Part shown: one piece after another, positions 52,633 to 61,760 of the stretch
Numbering within the stretch: the stretch's first letter is position 1
Layout of the letters: each line of letters starts with the position of its first letter
Position numbers and translations under genes: made by a program
IMG/VR virus record: IMGVR_UViG_3300031251_000970
Location: 17,877 to 81,876 of that record
DNA from: a virus
Direction: 5' to 3' (one strand)
Length of the DNA stretch: 64,000 nt
The notes under the pieces: generated by a model
Database searches by the model: none
The model's input: only the letters and a program-made list of their open reading frames with translations
What the model was told of the DNA's origin: nothing

Positions 52633-53131
52633 GTATCCACTCCAAGTATGCTGGCTCGGACGCCATTGCTTGCTGAACCTGCTGAGAAATATTGACCTCG
52701 ACGTTCAGATTCACGTCGGTCTTGACGCCGAGATTTGATTTGGCGGCATCAATGTCCGATTGTTCTCGGCGGGCGTGCAATGAATCTGCGGCAATGATGG
52801 TTCGTCCGGCGGAGATCATCTCACGCAAACGCACCGGCCTTCCATTCGGCGATTCGCCTTTAATAATGGATGCCATTTTCCCGATCACAAGCTGTCGCGT
52901 CTCGGGATCTATTCCCCAATCATTTCGAATTGCTCGACGTGCAATCCGGATATCCCCGTTCTTCGGGTCGCCCCCCTCCCCAAACAATTCAGCAATCACC
53001 GATTTCGGCTCGGATTCCAATTGTTCGGTTTGCGGCTTTTTACTTACGGATAATTCAGCATTACCTTGCTGTCGCCGCAATTTTCTCTCTTCACGTTCCT
53101 GCTTTCGGATCGCTCTTCCTCTTGCAGACAT
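52520..53131 (-). CDS. putative terminase small subunit
   Basis: 203-aa helical protein immediately upstream of terL. Confidence 0.6.
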   Translation of the reverse strand: MSARGRAIRKQEREERKLRRQQGNAELSVSKKPQTEQLESEPKSVIAELFGEGGDPKNGDIRIARRAIRNDWGIDPETRQLVIGKMASIIKGESPNGRPVRLREMISAGRTIIAADSLHARREQSDIDAAKSNLGVKTDVNLNVEVNISQQVQQAMASEPAYLEWIREQRLRECGHADALGDSSIAAEILDASAHSGDGQGGN

Positions 53132-53321
53132 TTTCTTCTTTCTAGAGCTTCCCTTTGTTGTGCCCCGAAGAGAGGTTTTCCCTGCTCTTGGTTCTTAACA
53201 TCTTCTACTCTTTTTTCTAGCGATTCGGCATTAGGTTTCCCCTTAATGCTCTTTCAATCTATCTTGATTTCGTTGTTTCCGTCAATCGAATCTCGTCGAG
53301 AACTTTTGGGCGCGGATTCTT

Positions 53322-53711
53322 TCATTCGGATGCGAGAGCTTTTTCCATTGCAATTCGCTGCTCGTCTGTGATGTTTTGATTGGATATGAGGATGTTCATG
53401 ATTGTCGTTGCCGAAACGAGTTTTGTGAGCGGAACTCCTTTTAGATCCCATTCGTATTTGTATTCGCCGACTTCGTTTCGGTATCGGATGTCGATGGTTT
53501 TAATTGGAATCGGTTCCGGCTGTTGATCTTCGGAGAGCATTGAAATGGCGAGATTTAAGGATTCAATTTCCTCATGCAACTCTTTTCGATATTGATCAGA
53601 TTCACCTCCCCGATCGGCAATAATTCCGATTTGATTTTGAATATATTTGATTTCTTCTCTCAAAATTCCGCTCGCATACGTTCGAGCTTTTTCCCGCAAT
53701 TCTGCTGTCAT
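53322..53711 (-). CDS. hypothetical protein
   Basis: Start MTAEL, ATGA-coupled to HNH. Confidence 0.6.
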   Translation of the reverse strand: MTAELREKARTYASGILREEIKYIQNQIGIIADRGGESDQYRKELHEEIESLNLAISMLSEDQQPEPIPIKTIDIRYRNEVGEYKYEWDLKGVPLTKLVSATTIMNILISNQNITDEQRIAMEKALASE

Positions 53712-54127
53712 GATTCTTCCCTTACGATGTCTAAAAGTTTTTGATACTGCTCCGGCGTCAAAAGCGGCTGCATTGCACGATCCCCGACGGCATCTGTGGA
53801 ATCGAGATATCCGATTCGCGAACTGTGCGTTTCTGTCCAGCGGATGTATTTCAACTTCTCTTCCGCGACTTTCTTCGCTCTGCCGAGAGTTCCTTGAGCG
53901 GCGATGGCTTCCCGTCCTCGATCGCGATTGCATTCGTGGCAGGCATTGACCGTAATCCCCGACAATTCGTCAGGTCGATCGAGAGAGTTGATCAGATGAT
54001 CGATCGTCGCCGTAAGTGGATGCAAGCCGCCATTTTGCATCTGGCCTTTTAGCTTCGTGCGACGCCCGCACCAAAAGCACTTTCCCTCGTGCTCCTGCTG
54101 GAGATGTCTGCGATGTTCATTTCTCAA
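53708..54127 (-). CDS. HNH endonuclease near the terminase
   Basis: CFWCG...ATIDHL...ACHECNRDRG. Confidence 0.8.
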   Translation of the reverse strand: MRNEHRRHLQQEHEGKCFWCGRRTKLKGQMQNGGLHPLTATIDHLINSLDRPDELSGITVNACHECNRDRGREAIAAQGTLGRAKKVAEEKLKYIRWTETHSSRIGYLDSTDAVGDRAMQPLLTPEQYQKLLDIVREES

Positions 54128-54163
54128 GTTGTATTTACTCCACGGTTAAATTGATGACCGGCA

Positions 54164-55309
54164 TCATGATATCGCCTGAGTCACATCGGCGGAAATGGAG
54201 AAGGTGCCATTGATCGGCGTCGTCACATTTCCCGATCCATCGATCCATTGACAATCCCAGAGCAGGTCTTCAATCGGAATCTGAGATGTCGCAGATGCCG
54301 CGATGCTGAGAATTGCCGATCCGGTCGTCGCATTCGTCACCGTCAATGATCCCCATGCCGCCGTGACGCCGCTTGTCGATCCGTTTAAGATCGTTAGGCC
54401 GGTTCCTTCGACAACTTGAAGGATTGCCTGCGAATCCGTATTCGAGGCGTTTTGGATGATTGATGGAAGTTTGGCAGTGAATACGAGCTGCGTACGGCTC
54501 GTAATCGTTCCCAGAAGCGGCAGAACGCGGGAAAGTTGATCGCCTCGAACGCATGGGATCGTTCCCGCCGATTGCAGCGACTGAACGACCGACGCCGGAA
54601 TCGTGATGTTCGCGATCGAATCGGTAATCAAAACTCCAGCCGCATCGACCGATTGGAGATTTCCTAAAGCGAGGTACAAATCCGCTTTCGTGGCCTCGAT
54701 CAGCAGAAACTGAGTCGTATTGTCGGGCACAATCGCCCACGGTCGATCCACCGTGAATGCTTTGGAACTCGGATTGTAGCTCGTAATCGTCCGAGTTTGC
54801 GTGAAATGCGTGGAATCGACCGCGTGTCCGGGAGGTGCCCCGCCCGTGCCGCCGATCGTGATGATTCGCGTACCGACATACGAACCCGCAACCGTCGTCG
54901 CTCCAGAATCCAGCGTACCGCCGTTAGTTGTTCCCGCTTGGAGTGTTCCGAGTCTGCCGCAATCGATTATGAGTCGCATGATTGCGGCTCCGACTGTTCC
55001 GGCAGCGTAGGTCAATGGACTGATTTGAGTGTAATCGATCTGGACCTGCCGCATATCGGTCGTCACGCAACTTCCCGTCGAGGGGATGTTTGCCCATTGG
55101 GGGACATAGCACGAACCTCCGATTAAAATCTGGAGCTTGTACAGACCGGCCGCGAGCGTCGTCGGAGCGGAATAGGTGCCAAGATCGGTCCCATACTCCG
55201 AAAATGTCAGAGTCGTTCCCGCAGCGTCTCCCGCACCATCAGCCACAGCAGTCGCTGTAACCCCGGTAATTCCCGTCAATCCGAGCGGATAAATAATCGT
55301 GACAGTCAT
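54164..55309 (-). CDS. virion accessory structural protein (multi beta-domain; C-terminal BppU-like adaptor)
   Basis: Thr/Gly-rich; C-terminal ..RGD...FTAK...WD.Q...G.V.T...G.F.I.ADVT. Confidence 0.65.
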   Translation of the reverse strand: MTVTIIYPLGLTGITGVTATAVADGAGDAAGTTLTFSEYGTDLGTYSAPTTLAAGLYKLQILIGGSCYVPQWANIPSTGSCVTTDMRQVQIDYTQISPLTYAAGTVGAAIMRLIIDCGRLGTLQAGTTNGGTLDSGATTVAGSYVGTRIITIGGTGGAPPGHAVDSTHFTQTRTITSYNPSSKAFTVDRPWAIVPDNTTQFLLIEATKADLYLALGNLQSVDAAGVLITDSIANITIPASVVQSLQSAGTIPCVRGDQLSRVLPLLGTITSRTQLVFTAKLPSIIQNASNTDSQAILQVVEGTGLTILNGSTSGVTAAWGSLTVTNATTGSAILSIAASATSQIPIEDLLWDCQWIDGSGNVTTPINGTFSISADVTQAIS

Positions 55310-55319
55310 TTCAATTCCT

Positions 55320-57743
55320 TCAGGATGCCACGATCAGAGACTGAGAAACGTTTTGTGCGGATGCCATTGATGCCGCTGCTGATTGATGAACGCCGTCCGT
55401 ACTGTATCCGTCATAAATCGAATAGGTCGCACCCGATGACGGCGAGACCGACCATGACGAGTCGAGAAGGGCGACCGTACTCGTATTGCCGATGATCGTT
55501 TTGACCTGTCCGACTGAGGATGGCGTCGTTCCATCGACATCGATTCGAACGAGATAGCCACGGTATTGATCCGTCGACCATGCTTGATTCGTATCGTTGA
55601 TTGCGTTTGAACCGGTCGACGTCAACGTACTGTTGACGAGTTTCGTCGAGACGGATTTCCACCAGCCGCCGTTGAGTGCCTGAGCATTGTTTGCATCGAC
55701 TTCGCAGGGTGCCGCGATTTCTGCCAGTGCGACGCGAGAACCAAAAATCGTCGTCAGTCCCGCGATCGAGGTATAGCTCGCAATGACCGACAATCCGTTT
55801 CCGGGAGCGGAAACAAAGGTGAATCCGCTCGCATAGTTCACGCCGCCAACCGTCGCTGTGAACAGATACGTGTAATCGGTCGTCAGGACTTTCGTGACGC
55901 CATTGACTTTGACTGTTTCTGTTCCTTGAACGAACAGATTCGCCGCTGTGAACTTCGTAGTGCTCCCATCGCCACCCGCGAAGAGGTTTGTCGAGGGAGT
56001 GATTCCAGCGATCGTGTAACAACCGAGCAATGCTTCATTCGTGATCGTCTGCTGTGCTCCACTTGATCGCAGAAAGTTGTTCCACTGCCGTCGACATCCC
56101 TCGAACGTGACCTGTGCTGATCCCGGAGTTTGATTGCTAACGGTTCTCCATCCATCAGTTGAACTCGTTCGCGGAAGAAGCGTCGGAATGAGATAGTTTC
56201 GCGGAACCGGCGTCACATTTTGGAACCGCGTCAGGATGATCGAATAGTAGCCGAGCAGCGTTGCCGCTCCCGTGCTTCCGGCGTTCAGGTCGTTCGTGCC
56301 ATAGCCGATCGAAATCGTGGTCGCGAAGAGAGCGTCTGTGGTTCGCTGGTTTCCGGTCGTGTTCGAGAACGATAAAGCCGTTTCGCCGAATGTCGCCAAA
56401 TTCATATAGCCGCAAAAGGGTGACCGGGTGACATCGTAATAGCGTGTCGATTGGTGGTTCGACGCCAATCTTGCCAGCCATCCGCCTCGTGAGTTGTAGC
56501 AGTATCCTGCGTCGCCGAATCCGGTCGTGATCGAATCGCCGATACCTGCAATTGATGCGTGAATTTTATTCGGGTCCAGTCCAAGAGCGAACGTGGGACC
56601 ATAAATCCGATTGCCGGTGATCGACGTGCCGATCGCGCCCTCTCCGCAGTAGTCGGAATTCGTGTAGGCATATTCCCCGTTGTTCGCCCAGCCGCGAATG
56701 TTCGTTCCACCGGCCGAGTAATCACCGATAATCAAATTGGCATCGATTCCATTGGTTACTCGTTTGATGCTTCCGCTGGTCGATGCACTCAATGTCGTCG
56801 CTGCGGTGATGACGTAGTTCGTTCCAAATGGAACCTTGCCGCTTGCGGTTTGATAAAGCGGAGTCGTAAACCCAACTTGCGACATCCAAACGCGGTATCC
56901 GACAACTCCCGACCATGATGCAATCGCCGTTGATTGCGTTGGTGCCGTGACGGTAATCGATGAAGTCGATCCGGTTGTGGTCACACTTGTCGCAGTGCTC
57001 CCAACTGTTTCCGAGCCGTCCGGCCACACGAGCGTATAGCCGACGACATACGTACCCGCCGCGATGGTTCCACCACTCGTTGATCCCGCGAGGGAGGGTG
57101 CGGTCGGAATCCCGGTGACCACATCTGCCGTGACTCGATACCAACTACGAGTATTCGCTTTCAGTCCGACTCGCATGGGATTCGACATCGCCATCATTCC
57201 GCCCGGAATCACGCAATGATCGCGACCGCCGAAGATCAGATGACGCAATGACCCCGCCAAATCGGCCGTGTCATTGACGCCTGCGACGAGAGTTGAATTC
57301 GTAGGCTGAAGGGAGGCTCGTACTCGAATTGGATTCGTATTCGGCTGCTCTCCCGTTGATCCCGCGACTCGGTTTTCGAACGCCAATACGACAGCGGAAA
57401 CATCGAATGCGGGAACGAGTTCGATCTTCGATGAGTTCGAAAACATGGACGCCAGATTGTTCGTTGGCGACGATGGATGCGAAGTGATGACCGACCATGC
57501 GGCGAATTCATTCAGCGAATTCTGCGGACCGAACCACGATTGATTCCCGCTCGCATCGGCAACGAGATTCTGATTCGCGGATGTCGGCAATGTCGACGGA
57601 TAAACCAATGAATATGTTGTCGGAGATGCTGGAGATTTCAGCCGAACTTCTTGGCCGTTCGTTCCACGCAATGCGACGCCGATACCCGACAAGATCGGTC
57701 TCAGTACGCTATTGGCGATGTCTAAGAGCCACGGATTTGCCAT
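55320..57743 (-). CDS. virion-associated SGNH/GDSL esterase multidomain protein
   Basis: Blocks GDSIT, G(ET), GYGTND, DGVH. Confidence 0.8.
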   Translation of the reverse strand: MANPWLLDIANSVLRPILSGIGVALRGTNGQEVRLKSPASPTTYSLVYPSTLPTSANQNLVADASGNQSWFGPQNSLNEFAAWSVITSHPSSPTNNLASMFSNSSKIELVPAFDVSAVVLAFENRVAGSTGEQPNTNPIRVRASLQPTNSTLVAGVNDTADLAGSLRHLIFGGRDHCVIPGGMMAMSNPMRVGLKANTRSWYRVTADVVTGIPTAPSLAGSTSGGTIAAGTYVVGYTLVWPDGSETVGSTATSVTTTGSTSSITVTAPTQSTAIASWSGVVGYRVWMSQVGFTTPLYQTASGKVPFGTNYVITAATTLSASTSGSIKRVTNGIDANLIIGDYSAGGTNIRGWANNGEYAYTNSDYCGEGAIGTSITGNRIYGPTFALGLDPNKIHASIAGIGDSITTGFGDAGYCYNSRGGWLARLASNHQSTRYYDVTRSPFCGYMNLATFGETALSFSNTTGNQRTTDALFATTISIGYGTNDLNAGSTGAATLLGYYSIILTRFQNVTPVPRNYLIPTLLPRTSSTDGWRTVSNQTPGSAQVTFEGCRRQWNNFLRSSGAQQTITNEALLGCYTIAGITPSTNLFAGGDGSTTKFTAANLFVQGTETVKVNGVTKVLTTDYTYLFTATVGGVNYASGFTFVSAPGNGLSVIASYTSIAGLTTIFGSRVALAEIAAPCEVDANNAQALNGGWWKSVSTKLVNSTLTSTGSNAINDTNQAWSTDQYRGYLVRIDVDGTTPSSVGQVKTIIGNTSTVALLDSSWSVSPSSGATYSIYDGYSTDGVHQSAAASMASAQNVSQSLIVAS

Positions 57744-57755
57744 CGAATGGGATTC

Positions 57756-59480
57756 CTAGAAATTGCCAATAGCAGACGGAATTGCGAATGTGCTCGATTG
57801 TCCCAAATAGGTTTGCCAAGGCCCATTGTTGACCGAGACTTGATACGTCGCTCCGGAATAATGGCCGAATTGCACGAGGCCGGAGGAGTTTGAAATTTGC
57901 GTTTCAACACTTCCCGTCAGCCCGAGCCCGGTCGATCCGGATGCGACGATTGTTAATTTTACCGATACCGGAACTCCGGCAAGAGGATTGTTGCTCGTGT
58001 CCTCGACAACCAAATAACCGGTATACATCGGCGGAACGCTTGGATTGATCGACAGTGCCGTCAGCGTGTAGGTCGGGGTCGCGTTTCCGCTGACGACGAG
58101 AGTTTGGATTGATGGCTGATAACCATCCATTGTGATGTGAACCGCGTAGGTTCCATTGTCGAGAAGCGTCGACATCTGACCATTCGAATCTGTTAATTTC
58201 GTGTCCTTGAGCGTTGAACCGCTGAGTGTCGAGACTTTGGCGAACTGAATCGGAACCGCTGAACCGTCGACGATCGTGATCGTGATTGTATTCGCTCCGG
58301 TCACGCCACCGCCGCCGCCGCCGTTCGTCAGGTTTGTGGTCGTATCGACAAGTGTGATTTCATTCATCGTACTTGTAGGCGATGCAACGTTAAAGAATTT
58401 CTTGAACGCCGCCGCCAGATATCCGGCGACCGATTCGGTCAATGCGGTTCCGAGAATCGATACGAGGCTTGCGTTGACAGTCGCTACAACGCTGCCAACA
58501 GAACCCGTTACGCTACCGACTGCTCCGGTGACACTGCCCACACTTCCCGTAACGTTTCCGCCAACATTGCCCGTTACAGAACCCACGGCTCCAGTGACGC
58601 TGCCGACTGCTCCAGTAACGCTCGCAATGGCTCCCCCCGCATATGTCGATCTGGTAGAAACCGCCGCGTCAAGATTGGCTATTCTCGCGTCGCCCAATGC
58701 TGTAAGTCCTGCTCCAGCGGAACCAATCCTTGCAAAAGCATCCCCCGTCATTGCCGGTGCGGTCGCGGCTTTCCAATCCTCGACGTCACCCTTCACGAAT
58801 CCATTTCCATCAAATAGTACGGCTTGAGTAATACGCGTTAAAAGAGTGGTTGTGCCTGGAGTATCTCCGCCGCTCGCATTGGTCAAATTCGTCGTCGTAT
58901 CGACCAACGTAATTTCGTTCATTGTACTTGTCGGCGACGCGACATTGAAAAACTTCTTAAAGGCTGCCGTCAAATATCCGGCAACCGATTCCGTCAATGC
59001 CGTGCCGAGAATTGAAACGAGACTGGCGTTGACCGTCGCTGTTACACTGGCAACGCTTCCCGCGACGTTTCCATTTATATTCCCCGTCACGGTTGTGACC
59101 GTTTGACTTGTGCTGATCGTAGTTCCGGTTAGTGCGACGGTCGCGGTCGGATTGGCAATGGCTGATTGATCAGTTCCGAAGTAGCCTGCCGCTCCTTGCG
59201 ATTGCGTGCCCCTGACATAGGTCACATTCGTGTTGTTGTCCGTCGCTTCGGTCGTCCCATTCCAACTGATGTGACCACCCGGCAAATAAATCCCATTCCA
59301 CACCGGGACCGCTTCGTATTCGCCCGATGCAATCCCGGTCATGCTGCCGGAATAGGTTCCGGACGAACCGATTTCCGCTGTAGCAATCCCGGATTGAAAT
59401 ACTGCACCAGCCTGAAGTAACGAGAACGTTACTCCGGTCAGTCCGGTAATCCCAATTTGTGCGTTAAGTTCATTGGCCAT
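57756..59480 (-). CDS. fibre-like structural protein with internal repeats and C-terminal carboxypeptidase-regulatory-like (Ig) domains
   Basis: VTG.VGS heptads, duplicated 54-aa block, TDSNG...L.NGTY.V.I...GY. Confidence 0.75.
   Translation of the reverse strand: MANELNAQIGITGLTGVTFSLLQAGAVFQSGIATAEIGSSGTYSGSMTGIASGEYEAVPVWNGIYLPGGHISWNGTTEATDNNTNVTYVRGTQSQGAAGYFGTDQSAIANPTATVALTGTTISTSQTVTTVTGNINGNVAGSVASVTATVNASLVSILGTALTESVAGYLTAAFKKFFNVASPTSTMNEITLVDTTTNLTNASGGDTPGTTTLLTRITQAVLFDGNGFVKGDVEDWKAATAPAMTGDAFARIGSAGAGLTALGDARIANLDAAVSTRSTYAGGAIASVTGAVGSVTGAVGSVTGNVGGNVTGSVGSVTGAVGSVTGSVGSVVATVNASLVSILGTALTESVAGYLAAAFKKFFNVASPTSTMNEITLVDTTTNLTNGGGGGGVTGANTITITIVDGSAVPIQFAKVSTLSGSTLKDTKLTDSNGQMSTLLDNGTYAVHITMDGYQPSIQTLVVSGNATPTYTLTALSINPSVPPMYTGYLVVEDTSNNPLAGVPVSVKLTIVASGSTGLGLTGSVETQISNSSGLVQFGHYSGATYQVSVNNGPWQTYLGQSSTFAIPSAIGNF
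58323..59039 (-). repeat. intragenic 54-codon duplication (58323-58484 and 58878-59039)
   Basis: Protein copies differ at one residue; the DNA differs at many third positions. Confidence 0.85.
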
Positions 59481-59544
59481 GATTGTCCCCGCGAGTCAAA
59501 GGCGGGTACGAATTGCACCCGCCATATCAACCAGCCGACAACGA

Positions 59545-60237
59545 TTAGACTGGAACTTCTTCCCACAGCAGACGTCCGTACACGCTGTGGGTTGTGACGG
59601 ACAAAGTGTTCATCAGAGCGAGCACGCCGCCCGGAGGAACGATCAAACTACCGTCGAAGTTGACGATCGACCCAACCGAAGGCGTAGGAGTCGCTGCCGC
59701 AATGGTCGTCGTCAGCAAGCCCGATGCCTGTGGCAATTCAATTGCTTCCTGAACTGTCAGTGAGCCCGTCATACCGGTCAGAGCCGTCGCACCGGCAAAG
59801 CCTTTTGCGGCTGAACCGGATGCCGCCAAACTCTTGCGGTTCCACGGTGCCAAACCGGTCGAAATCGCGGTCTGACCAGTCGTGACGCACAATACCCACG
59901 CACCGAGAGCGACGGATGTGACGTTGTTCAAGAAATCCTGCAACGCGATCTGAGCAATCACGAGATTGACGGTCGATGTCGACGGATTATAGACACCGAG
60001 CACCGGCTGAGCCGTTGACGTCAAACCTGTCGCGGTCGCATTGGCCGCGACGAGTGCGAAAGCCGCCGTGTGACCCGTTGAAAACATCGAGGATCGGTAA
60101 TTGGCTTCGTAAAATCGGCCGTGCAATTCGCTGATGATCTGCTCGCCCATATTTCCGGCACGCTGAGTAACCGGAGTACCGGCTCCGATCGAAGCACTGG
60201 TCGCGACTGGACCGACTGACTGTACTGAGAGAGGCAT
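59545..60237 (-). CDS. virion accessory structural protein
   Basis: 230 aa Ala/Thr-rich; AGGA RBS. Confidence 0.7.
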   Translation of the reverse strand: MPLSVQSVGPVATSASIGAGTPVTQRAGNMGEQIISELHGRFYEANYRSSMFSTGHTAAFALVAANATATGLTSTAQPVLGVYNPSTSTVNLVIAQIALQDFLNNVTSVALGAWVLCVTTGQTAISTGLAPWNRKSLAASGSAAKGFAGATALTGMTGSLTVQEAIELPQASGLLTTTIAAATPTPSVGSIVNFDGSLIVPPGGVLALMNTLSVTTHSVYGRLLWEEVPV

Positions 60238-60249
60238 GATCTAAAATCC

Positions 60250-61434
60250 TTAGTTTAGGGAAAACTGGTCCGGGTTGTTACGATTCAACGCCGGGTCGTC
60301 AAAAACGGATTGGAGACCAAACCGCTGTTCGTACTGTTGCTGAGATATGATTCGAAGTTCGGTAAGAATCAAATTCATGATGTCGATCATTCGATTGCCA
60401 TTGTCATCAATCGTGACATCCGATACCGCAATCGTGCTCGTGCCGAATAAGTTGACGTTCGCCAATGTTGCGGCCGGGATTGCAGTCTGTAATCGCCCGA
60501 CAGTATCGGTCAGAACGCTGCGAATTTTTCCGTTTCCATCAATTCCGGAAACGTTAATTGGAAACGCCGTCGGAGCCGAACCTGTAGCAACGTTGCCGCC
60601 GACAGCCAACATGCCCGCGATGTTTGCCGTGACGACGTTCGTTCCGCCGATCTGCGTCACCCCAATCGGAGGAGCTGGGCCAATCGCTTGAACAGGCTCA
60701 ATGATTTTCAGATATGCGACACCGATTCCGGCGGTCGAGATTGTCAGTCGGATATATCGGGCATTGCATGGCCAAAATGTAGAGACGCCTGCTGTGGCCG
60801 AAGTCGTATTCGCACCGGCCGTCGTAAATCCGTTCAGAGCAGTCCACGTGACTCCGTCATTCCCGGTCGTCATTGTCGCCGCGAATGTCGACGATGTGAT
60901 CGACAGTGTTTTGTACCCGGTCGTATCGATGATGATGATCGCACCGACTGACCCGGACACACTGATCGGTCCGTAGGAGTCGCTAAGCACGAGAGCATTG
61001 TTGACGTCACGCTTGAGGCCAGCCGCGAGATTGACATTGAGTGCCGCTGCCGATTCCGCATCCATCGCCTGCGTCAGTCGGTCAACTGCTTTCGCCGGTG
61101 CCGTAGCCCGCCCGATGACCAACCAAGACAATGATCCGCTGATCGCCGTGCAGTTGTACCGGACATAGAGAGAAATCACGTTGAGCGAATAGATTCCATT
61201 GACTTGCAGTGTGTCGGTCAGCGTCAGCGATAAAGCGTCGATGACCGTCAACGTCTGCCAATTGGAATTGTCGTTGCTTCCCTGGATTTGGATATTTCCG
61301 TATCCGGTTCCCGAGACCTGAATCGCAAGCGATCGCTGGCCGGACGTATTGATCGAGGAACCCGTCGATACCGTACTGATCGTCGATGTTTGAAGCGTTG
61401 CACCGTCGAGCAAGCCGACTGAGTTTGACAACAT
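60250..61434 (-). CDS. virion accessory protein with two jelly-roll-like repeats
   Basis: Two copies of I.T.G...L.I...(S/G)ND...W..L...Y.R. Confidence 0.7.
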   Translation of the reverse strand: MLSNSVGLLDGATLQTSTISTVSTGSSINTSGQRSLAIQVSGTGYGNIQIQGSNDNSNWQTLTVIDALSLTLTDTLQVNGIYSLNVISLYVRYNCTAISGSLSWLVIGRATAPAKAVDRLTQAMDAESAAALNVNLAAGLKRDVNNALVLSDSYGPISVSGSVGAIIIIDTTGYKTLSITSSTFAATMTTGNDGVTWTALNGFTTAGANTTSATAGVSTFWPCNARYIRLTISTAGIGVAYLKIIEPVQAIGPAPPIGVTQIGGTNVVTANIAGMLAVGGNVATGSAPTAFPINVSGIDGNGKIRSVLTDTVGRLQTAIPAATLANVNLFGTSTIAVSDVTIDDNGNRMIDIMNLILTELRIISQQQYEQRFGLQSVFDDPALNRNNPDQFSLN

Positions 61435-61760
61435 TAGTACAATCCTCCGAGGACCGCTGCGGTGCTAAACTGGTTGATCGCAATCACGTCGAAGCGTTCA
61501 TCGAATACGTCGGTAGAAGCTCCGGTCGCGTGTATGATCAATGCTCCGAGTGTGTTTTTGTCCGTCGAATTAGCGGCGATTTTGTACCAGCCGTTTCCGA
61601 TTTCACTGATCGCTCCCGCTGGAGTCACAAACGGTCCGCCGTTTTTGCTGATCGTGACTGTAGGCGTCAATCCGGTCGATCCGGTAATGTGATCCGAAGA
61701 CAGAACCATTGGTCCGAATGGAATTGGAAATTGACTATCGCCTCGGTAAAGATTCTTCAT
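61434..61760 (-). CDS. small Ig-like structural protein
   Basis: TGLTPTVTISKNGG...SEIGNGWY; coupled at both ends. Confidence 0.7.
   Translation of the reverse strand: MKNLYRGDSQFPIPFGPMVLSSDHITGSTGLTPTVTISKNGGPFVTPAGAISEIGNGWYKIAANSTDKNTLGALIIHATGASTDVFDERFDVIAINQFSTAAVLGGLY

Noticed and set aside
58323-59039. Diversity-generating retroelement TR/VR pair
   Set aside because: Differences are synonymous and not adenine-specific, both copies are in frame in one gene, and no reverse transcriptase is present
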